This document shows, piece by piece, positions 57,655 to 64,000 of a DNA stretch of 64,000 bases (positions within the stretch are counted from its first letter, which is position 1; each line of letters opens with the position of its first letter). The notes under the pieces are model-generated. The model had not been told where the DNA came from. It did not search any database and saw only the letters and a list, made by a program, of their open reading frames with translations. The translations under genes and the position numbers were made by a program. Source of the DNA: Patescibacteria group bacterium (lineage in GTDB: Bacteria > Patescibacteriota > Minisyncoccia > Phycocordibacterales > PALSA-1337); assembly GCA_040384285.1 (NCBI GenBank), contig JAZKJN010000010.1:11995-75994 (forward strand), read 5' to 3'.

Positions 57655-57831
57655 ATGAAACTCACTGAATACATCAAAGATACACGAGCAGAGATGGCAC
57701 ATGTCACATGGCCTTCACGAAACCTAGCTATTTCATATAGCATCATGGTCGTGGTCATCTCCCTCCTTACCGCACTCCTCCTCGCGCTTTTCGATCATAT
57801 TTTTGCAACACTCCTTACTCTCTTTATCTAA
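57655..57831 (+). CDS. secE: Preprotein translocase SecE (not in ORF track)
   Basis: Manual translation MKLTEYIKDTRAEMAHVTWPS..; directly upstream of nusG. Confidence 0.95.
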   Translation: MKLTEYIKDTRAEMAHVTWPSRNLAISYSIMVVVISLLTALLLALFDHIFATLLTLFI

Positions 57832-57849
57832 TCTTTAACTTTAATCTCA

Positions 57850-58395
57850 ATGTCAAAACAGCAAGTTGGTGGACAAAGAAACTGGTACGCGATCCATACC
57901 TACGCAGGATATGAGAACGCTGTAGCACGTAACCTCAAACAGCGTATCGAGTCTTTGGGAATGGAAGACCGTATTTTCAACGTTCTTGTTCCAACTGAAA
58001 AGAAGATCAAGATCAAGGGAGGAAAGCGAGTAGAAGAGGAAGAGAAAATCTATCCTGGATACGTACTCGTAGACATGACCGTAACAGATGACTCATGGTA
58101 TGTAGTGCGAAACACCCCTCGAGTGACAGGATTCGTAGGATCTGGAGTCTATCCAGTGCCTCTCGAAAAGAAGGAAGTTGATATGCTTTTTGCTCGAATG
58201 GATAAGTCTGAAGTTAAACACACTATCGATCTTGCTCCAGAAGATGTCGTAAAGATCACTGATGGTCCGTTCAAGGATCTCGAAGGAAAGGTGAGTGAGG
58301 TAGACGACAGTCGAGGAAAGATCAAGGTTCTGGTCTCAATGTTTGGTCGCGAAACTCCCGTTGAGCTCGATTTCTTGCAAGTTAAGAAGATATAA
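57850..58395 (+). CDS. nusG: Transcription factor NusG
   Basis: [30 protein letters not shown]. Confidence 0.98.
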   Translation: MSKQQVGGQRNWYAIHTYAGYENAVARNLKQRIESLGMEDRIFNVLVPTEKKIKIKGGKRVEEEEKIYPGYVLVDMTVTDDSWYVVRNTPRVTGFVGSGVYPVPLEKKEVDMLFARMDKSEVKHTIDLAPEDVVKITDGPFKDLEGKVSEVDDSRGKIKVLVSMFGRETPVELDFLQVKKI

Positions 58396-58418
58396 GGTAA
58401 TCTAACTCAACAATCATT

Positions 58419-58841
58419 ATGGCTAAGAAAATCATCAAAAAAGTAAAAGTTTCAGCTCCAGCGGGTAAGGCTACTCCTGCGCCTCCACTTGGTCCTACTT
58501 TGGGACAGGCTGGGGTTAACATCGGAGATTTCACAAAGAAATTCAATGAGGCTACAAAGAATATGATGGGCGATATCGTTCCTGTAGTTATCACAGTCTA
58601 CGAAGATCGAACATATGACTTTGTTCTAAAGACTCCTCCCGCATCATCTCTTATCTTGAAAGCAGTTGGTATTGAAAAGGGAGCTGGAAAGCATGCTCAA
58701 AAGCGAGCAGGTACTATCACAAAGGCTCAGGTACGAGCAATTGCTGAAAAGAAAATGCCAGACCTCAATGCAAACACAATCGAGGCAGCAATGAAGATCA
58801 TCGAAGGATCATGCCGATCACTCGGAGTGGATGTAAAATAA
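58419..58841 (+). CDS. rplK: 50S ribosomal protein L11
   Basis: [25 protein letters not shown]. Confidence 0.98.
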   Translation: MAKKIIKKVKVSAPAGKATPAPPLGPTLGQAGVNIGDFTKKFNEATKNMMGDIVPVVITVYEDRTYDFVLKTPPASSLILKAVGIEKGAGKHAQKRAGTITKAQVRAIAEKKMPDLNANTIEAAMKIIEGSCRSLGVDVK

Positions 58842-58860
58842 TCTCAATTTAAATTAAAAC

Positions 58861-58886
58861 AAAAAGTCCCCGAGAGGGGATTTTTT
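58861..58886 (+). terminator. Intrinsic terminator after rplK
   Basis: TCCCC-GAGA-GGGGA then T6. Confidence 0.85.
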
Positions 58887-59042
58887 GTTGCCCTTGACTT
58901 GCATAATAATATAGGTACTATCTTGAATAGATTTATTAAAAATATTTGCATTCGCCCTAGCAGAAAACGGCTTATATATAGGCTTTTCTCCGCTGTGGCG
59001 AAGAGTCCAGCAAGCAATAATGTATAAAAAGGAACAGCTACC

Positions 59043-59702
59043 ATGAGTAGTACAGCCTCAAAAAATACAGAAGTCCCCGGATGGTACATCGAATTCTTAT
59101 CTGCTCTGGTGCGACAAGCGCCACGACCAGGAGAATTGAGTAGGAATACGGCTCAGTCTTGGGTGATTAATCAGGAACGTCTTAAGAGTGTCCTGAGGGA
59201 CAGGCTATGCGATCACAATGATCTCACTCCCAAAATACCACGAACTGTCACACCAAAAGTGAAGATTGATCCCATTGTTCGGGTAGATCGTTCTGTGCGT
59301 CCTTCGTATCCAGACTGGGCGGAAGAAGTTATCCATCTGGATTTGGAAACTCTAGGGTCTACAGAGTATGAAATCTCGGCCGTTGAGCAGTGGTTCCATG
59401 ACGGCCAGAAGGATGAAAAATGGATTGGGGGAGACAAGATTTACCACTATCTCAAAAAGACCGGCACCCTCAAGACTTGCCTCGGATTGCGTGACTTGGA
59501 AGAAATCCAAAAGAAAGGCCTAGCCTTTTTCAGGAAATACTTTGATGGTAAGACGGTCTATGCGTGGAAAGGCATCGTGCGACGTCTTCCTAATCATCTT
59601 CATATTCCATGTCTCCATGAGCGCGACGGTGTAGTGTTCATTAGTTGGAACTATATTGGCGATGTTTGGAATGACGAAGATCCAGCTCTCCGTTTCCTTT
59701 AG
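59043..59702 (+). CDS. Hypothetical protein with a DGR-target-like C-terminus
   Basis: Ends IPCLHERDGVVFISWNYIGDVWNDEDPALRFL; own promoter and terminator. Confidence 0.7.
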   Translation: MSSTASKNTEVPGWYIEFLSALVRQAPRPGELSRNTAQSWVINQERLKSVLRDRLCDHNDLTPKIPRTVTPKVKIDPIVRVDRSVRPSYPDWAEEVIHLDLETLGSTEYEISAVEQWFHDGQKDEKWIGGDKIYHYLKKTGTLKTCLGLRDLEEIQKKGLAFFRKYFDGKTVYAWKGIVRRLPNHLHIPCLHERDGVVFISWNYIGDVWNDEDPALRFL

Positions 59703-59773
59703 TACTCCAGAACTTTAGATACTATGAGTATTCAAACCTTGTGCGAAAGTACGAGGTTCTTTTATTACCTAAA

Positions 59774-60295
59774 TCATTCCACCATCTTTGCCACTCCACT
59801 GTAATCAACTTTGTATTCGAGCAATAGGGAACCACTTGCCTCTGATGTAACTGCGCTTACGAGTTTGAGATGAAAGAGCAGGTCGTTGTTGAAGAGGGTA
59901 ACACCTTTTCCAAACATGACAGGCTCGATAGTGAGATAGACTGTTTCTACGACCTGAGCTTTCATAAACATCGTGTAGATATTTGAACCTCCACAAATTG
60001 CTATTTCTTTGAAGCCACGTGCCTCGAGTTTTGTAATAAGGTCGCGGGGATTGTCTTGTGTGGTCTCTACACCTTCAAATGTCTGTGTCTTTGAATAGAC
60101 AATAGTCGTACGCTCTTTGAGCGGTTTACCAATTGTTTTATATGTTTTAGAACCCATGACCACGACTCCAGCTTTCTTTGTAAGTTCTACAAAGCGCTTC
60201 TTGTCGGCCTTGCTGGTCCACATCATAGGGCTATGCTGGTCGTCCTTTGCGAGGAAACCATCTGCTGAAACAGCTGCAATAAGGAAGATTTTCAT
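59774..60295 (-). CDS. folA: Dihydrofolate reductase family protein
   Basis: IAAVSADG, DKKRF, VMGSKTY, PLKER, ICGGSNIY. Confidence 0.88.
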   Translation of the reverse strand: MKIFLIAAVSADGFLAKDDQHSPMMWTSKADKKRFVELTKKAGVVVMGSKTYKTIGKPLKERTTIVYSKTQTFEGVETTQDNPRDLITKLEARGFKEIAICGGSNIYTMFMKAQVVETVYLTIEPVMFGKGVTLFNNDLLFHLKLVSAVTSEASGSLLLEYKVDYSGVAKMVE

Positions 60296-60384
60296 GGAGA
60301 TTACTATAGGAAATTAGTTTTAGGGCTTTGTCACCTTTTATTTTATCACCCACGCGCTATACTACAAGTACTAACTATCCCGCC

Positions 60385-61062
60385 ATGTCTCACACCTACG
60401 AAGTCGAAATAAAATCACTCCTCGGTTCAAAAGAAAATGCGAATGCTCTTGTTGCTCATCTTAAAAAGCATGATCCAAAACTTTCTGTTTCTGCTCACGA
60501 AAAACAATTGAACCACTACTTCACTGTCCCAGCGGGAGTGGATCTCGGAAAAGCTCTCACACATTTGATCCCCGCAGAGAAAAAAGAAATCTTTGATCGA
60601 GTAGTGCTCGAAGGAAAGAAACCATCAGTGCGCACACGAGAGGCAAATGGTACCGTGATCCTCATCATCAAAGCGTCAGTAGGGGATGACTCAAGTTCAA
60701 ATGGTGTGAAGCGTATCGAGTTTGAATCAGAAGTTCCTACAACACTCGAAAAACTTGACCAAGCACTTCTCGGAGCAGGACTCACATATCAGGCAAAGTG
60801 GTCTCGGGAACGCGATCAATACACAAGTGGGGATATGAATGTTTGTATCGACAAAAACGCAGGCTACGGATACCTCGCAGAATTTGAAAAAATGTCCACC
60901 GACGAATCAGCTCTCGAGGCAACAAAAAAAGATTTGCTTGCCTTCATGGCATCTGTAGGGGCTCTCGAACTTCCTCAAGATCGACTTGAGCGAATGTTTG
61001 CCCACTACAATGCTCACTGGTCCGAGTATTATGGGACGGAGAAAGTTTTTAATATAGAATAA
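60385..61062 (+). CDS. CYTH (triphosphate tunnel metalloenzyme) domain protein
   Basis: N-terminal YEVEIK (ExExK), QLNHYF, RIEFE, GYLAEFE; start reassigned. Confidence 0.8.
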   Translation: MSHTYEVEIKSLLGSKENANALVAHLKKHDPKLSVSAHEKQLNHYFTVPAGVDLGKALTHLIPAEKKEIFDRVVLEGKKPSVRTREANGTVILIIKASVGDDSSSNGVKRIEFESEVPTTLEKLDQALLGAGLTYQAKWSRERDQYTSGDMNVCIDKNAGYGYLAEFEKMSTDESALEATKKDLLAFMASVGALELPQDRLERMFAHYNAHWSEYYGTEKVFNIE

Positions 61063-61084
61063 TTTACAATTAATTTAAACCGCC

Positions 61085-61633
61085 ATGTTTCTATCAGATA
61101 CAGATATCAAGAAAGCACTCAAGGAAGGGAAGATTACAATAAAACCTTACACAGAAAAACAGCTCAATCCTGCAAGCTACGATGTTCTGCTTGGAAACGA
61201 GTTTGATGTAACGGATCGACACAAGACGTCTTCTATCGATCCTGCTCGCAAACTCTATCCCGTCACTCGTACGGTAAAGGTTGCAGATGGCGAAGCTTTT
61301 ATCCTCCATCCAGGAGAGAGTGTTCTTGGAAAGCAAAAGGAATTTATCGGTGTTGACCATGAGCACCTCATCCTTCTTTCTGGAAAGTCGAGCCTTGCTC
61401 GAGCAGGACTTGTGGTCCACAACACCGCCATGCTTTTCAATCCAGGGCACCACTTTTATCCCACTTTTGAGCTGGTAAATACCAACAACGTTCCTCTTAT
61501 CCTCCGCCCTGGCATGGAGATTGCTCAGCTCATCTTTGCACGACTTACTTCACCGACTGCTCAAGCCTATGAAAAAGTGGGGCGATACGGCAAGGAAAAC
61601 TCAAACCACTTCACTCCTAAGAAGAAAAAATAA
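61085..61633 (+). CDS. dcd: dCTP deaminase
   Basis: LSDTDI, PASYD, GKSSLARAG, FELVN, IAQLIF. Confidence 0.93.
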   Translation: MFLSDTDIKKALKEGKITIKPYTEKQLNPASYDVLLGNEFDVTDRHKTSSIDPARKLYPVTRTVKVADGEAFILHPGESVLGKQKEFIGVDHEHLILLSGKSSLARAGLVVHNTAMLFNPGHHFYPTFELVNTNNVPLILRPGMEIAQLIFARLTSPTAQAYEKVGRYGKENSNHFTPKKKK

Positions 61634-61635
61634 TC

Positions 61636-61776
61636 ATGATTCTCCTCATTATTCAAATCTTTGTTGTCATGGCAGTCGCGCTCGTTTCTGCGATCTTTCA
61701 CCATGATTACTTCACCGCTGCATTTATCGTGCTCGCAGGAGTTTTGTTTAATGTGTATTTTAAGAACTATTACTAA
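61636..61776 (+). CDS. 46-aa two-TM microprotein (not in ORF track)
   Basis: MILLIIQIFVVMAVALVSAIFHHDYFTAAFIVLAGVLFNVYFKNYY*; fills the dcd-thyA gap with 2- and 5-nt spacers. Confidence 0.65.
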   Translation: MILLIIQIFVVMAVALVSAIFHHDYFTAAFIVLAGVLFNVYFKNYY

Positions 61777-61781
61777 ATCCT

Positions 61782-62840
61782 ATGGCAAAAAAAATACTCA
61801 AAAAAGCAGTAAAGAAGGGAAAGAAGACTAAGAAAATAGAACGCCACCAGGAGTATCAGTATCTGGATTTACTCAAAGATATTTTGGAGAATGGTACCGT
61901 AAAGCATGATCACAATACTGGCACAGGACTCACGAGTGTCTTTGGCCGACAGATGCGTTTTGACCTTTCAAAAGGGTTTCCTTTGCTTACGACTAAAAAA
62001 GTTCCTTGGAACAGCATCATGCACGAGCTCTATTGGTTTATGTCAGGACAGACAAATGTAAAATACCTTGTTGATAACAAAGTTCCAATCTGGAATGATT
62101 ACCCTTACAAAATTTACAAGAAAAAAGCAGACAAGGGAGAACTGCCACAGCTTACCCTCGAAGAGTTTGTAGAAAAAATGCGAGTGGACAATGCATTTGC
62201 AGAAGCGCATGGAGAATTACCAAAGATCTATGGAGAGCAATGGCGAGCATGGCCGGCAAGCGATGGAAGAAAGATCGATCAGCTTGCATGGGTGATCGAC
62301 ACACTCAAGAATTTTCCTGAGAGAAAGCACGCTGTTCTTTCAGCATGGAATCCTCAGTATCTCTACGCCATGGCAAAACCAGGGGAGGCCCTCGCATTTC
62401 CTCTCTGCCACATCCTTTTCCATTTCAATGTTTCAGGCAATAAACTTTCATGCCTCTTGTATCAGCGCAGTTGCGACATGTTTCTCGGTGTTCCTTTCAA
62501 CATCGCAAGTTACGCAGCTTTGACGATGATTGTCGCAAAGCTCGCAGGATATGAGCCAGGAGAATTTATCCATACCCTTGGTGACGCGCATATCTATCAT
62601 GACCATATTGATCAAGTAAAAGAGCAATTGAAGCGTGAACCAAAGAAATTCCCAAAGCTTGTTTTGAGTGACAGGATAAAAAATCTCGATACATTTCGAC
62701 CTGATATGGTGACACTTGAAAACTATGATCCACACACATTTTTGAAAGCAAAGATGACAGTAGCTGGAGGATTCAATGAGAAAGACCGCAAGAGTTTTAC
62801 TAAAAAGGGAACAAAACCTGCAGCTAAAAAGAAAAAATAA
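61782..62840 (+). CDS. thyA: Thymidylate synthase
   Basis: FPLLTTKK, PLCH, YQRSCDMFLGVPFNIASY, GDAHIY. Confidence 0.98.
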   Translation: MAKKILKKAVKKGKKTKKIERHQEYQYLDLLKDILENGTVKHDHNTGTGLTSVFGRQMRFDLSKGFPLLTTKKVPWNSIMHELYWFMSGQTNVKYLVDNKVPIWNDYPYKIYKKKADKGELPQLTLEEFVEKMRVDNAFAEAHGELPKIYGEQWRAWPASDGRKIDQLAWVIDTLKNFPERKHAVLSAWNPQYLYAMAKPGEALAFPLCHILFHFNVSGNKLSCLLYQRSCDMFLGVPFNIASYAALTMIVAKLAGYEPGEFIHTLGDAHIYHDHIDQVKEQLKREPKKFPKLVLSDRIKNLDTFRPDMVTLENYDPHTFLKAKMTVAGGFNEKDRKSFTKKGTKPAAKKKK

Positions 62841-62844
62841 ACCT

Positions 62845-64000
62845 ATGAAAGACATACAGATCAAAAAACTTATAGAGGCAGAAAAGAAGCGACAGAAATC
62901 AGTTATCAATTTAATTGCATCAGAAAACATTGTTTCTAAAGACGTGCTCGAAGCTCTTGGCTCTGAACTTACCAACAAATACGCAGAAGGGTATCCAGGT
63001 CGGCGATATTATGGAGGTAATCAAGTTGTCGACAAGATAGAATCGATTGCAATCGATCGTGCACGCAAACTCTTTGGCCTCAAAGAAAATCTCTGGCATG
63101 TAAACACTCAGCCACTCTCAGGATCTCCCGCAAACCTCGCGGTATTTCTAGCTACCGTCCCACTCGGAGGTAAAATCATGGGTATGACACTTTCTCACGG
63201 AGGTCACCTCACGCACGGACATAAAGTCTCTATGACTGGCAAAGCCTGGGTGCAAGTTCCTTTTGGAGTTGATCCTCACACAGAGGTGATCGACTACGAA
63301 GAAGTAAAAAGAATTGCGGTGGCAGAAAAGCCAGCAATCATTGTCGCGGGATTTACTGCATATCCACGTGCAGTGGACTTTAAAAAATTCCGAGAGATCG
63401 CAGATCTTTGCGGGGCATTTCTCATGGTGGACATGTCGCACTTTGCAGGACTTGTCGCAGGTAAGGCATACGCATCTCCGTTTCTCTACGCAGATGTCGT
63501 GACAACAACAGTTCACAAAACTCTACGAGGTCCTCGCTCAGCTCTCATCTTTTCTCGTAACGACAAAACGATTCTCGATAGCAAGGGAAAGCAGCAGTCG
63601 ATTTCCGATCTCATCGATAAGGCAGTATTCCCGGGACTTCAGGGAGGTCCTCACTTGAATCAGATTGCAGCGGTCGCAGTCGCGCTCAAAGAAGCATCGA
63701 CTCCGGGCTTTAAAAAATATGCACAGCAGGTCAAGAAAAATGCAGTAGTGCTTGCGAGCGAACTTCAAAGACTCGGCTGGAAAATTATTTCAGGCGGTAC
63801 CGACTCACACCTCATTCTTATGGATGTCTGGATGGGTGGAAAGGGAATGTCAGGAGCCGAAGCTAGCGACAGACTCGAGAAGGCAGGAATCATTGTTAAC
63901 AAAAATACTGTTCCCGGAGAGACTCGAAGTGCTTTTGATCCATCAGGAATCCGACTCGGAACTGCAGCAGAAACAACTCGTGGAAAGAAGGAGAAAGATA
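62845..64000 (+). CDS. glyA: Serine hydroxymethyltransferase (3'-truncated by window end)
   Basis: LIASEN, KYAEGYPG, GGHLTHG, TTVHKTLRGPR, FPGLQGGP. Confidence 0.98.
   Translation, partial: MKDIQIKKLIEAEKKRQKSVINLIASENIVSKDVLEALGSELTNKYAEGYPGRRYYGGNQVVDKIESIAIDRARKLFGLKENLWHVNTQPLSGSPANLAVFLATVPLGGKIMGMTLSHGGHLTHGHKVSMTGKAWVQVPFGVDPHTEVIDYEEVKRIAVAEKPAIIVAGFTAYPRAVDFKKFREIADLCGAFLMVDMSHFAGLVAGKAYASPFLYADVVTTTVHKTLRGPRSALIFSRNDKTILDSKGKQQSISDLIDKAVFPGLQGGPHLNQIAAVAVALKEASTPGFKKYAQQVKKNAVVLASELQRLGWKIISGGTDSHLILMDVWMGGKGMSGAEASDRLEKAGIIVNKNTVPGETRSAFDPSGIRLGTAAETTRGKKEKD

Noticed and set aside
58961-58975. CAGAAAACGGCTTAT resembling RNase P CR-V, with GAAGAGTCC nearby
   Set aside because: Order reversed, far too short, and explained by a local hairpin
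1-64000. CRISPR array, rRNA, transposase, prophage or stop-codon recoding
   Set aside because: No repeat-spacer array or such genes seen; conserved genes translate full-length with the standard bacterial code

Overview
A 64-kb chromosomal window from a reduced-genome bacterium, most likely Patescibacteria (CPR, Parcubacteria). This is inferred from gene content: a PrgI/VirB4/T4SS-pilin cluster, a short YebC, rplK not followed by rplA, tRNA-Arg(GCG) and few Shine-Dalgarno sites. The window spans the replication origin (yidC-rnpA-rpmH / dnaA-oriC-dnaN). It carries replication and repair genes (polA, holA-like, ruvA/B/C, mutM, MPG, MGMT), cell-wall genes (PBP1A, murE, amidase, class F sortase with a substrate), type IV pilus genes (pilB, pilMNO), a folate/thymidylate cluster (folA, CYTH, dcd, thyA, glyA, plus folC and folD), seven tRNAs and about ten solitary accessory genes. 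No CRISPR array, rRNA, integrase or transposase was seen. The best unexplained signals are non-coding. (1) A ~305-nt highly structured RNA with its own promoter and terminator, preceded by a second ~100-nt independent small-RNA unit, downstream of tRNA-Lys. (2) A ~200-nt 6S-like rod between ruvB and pilB. (3) A leader-peptide attenuator in front of folC. Also notable are pervasive leaderless-type promoters, a CYTH enzyme placed where a dUTPase is missing, and a possible orphan DGR target. All RNA structures were paired by eye; no folding program or database search was run.
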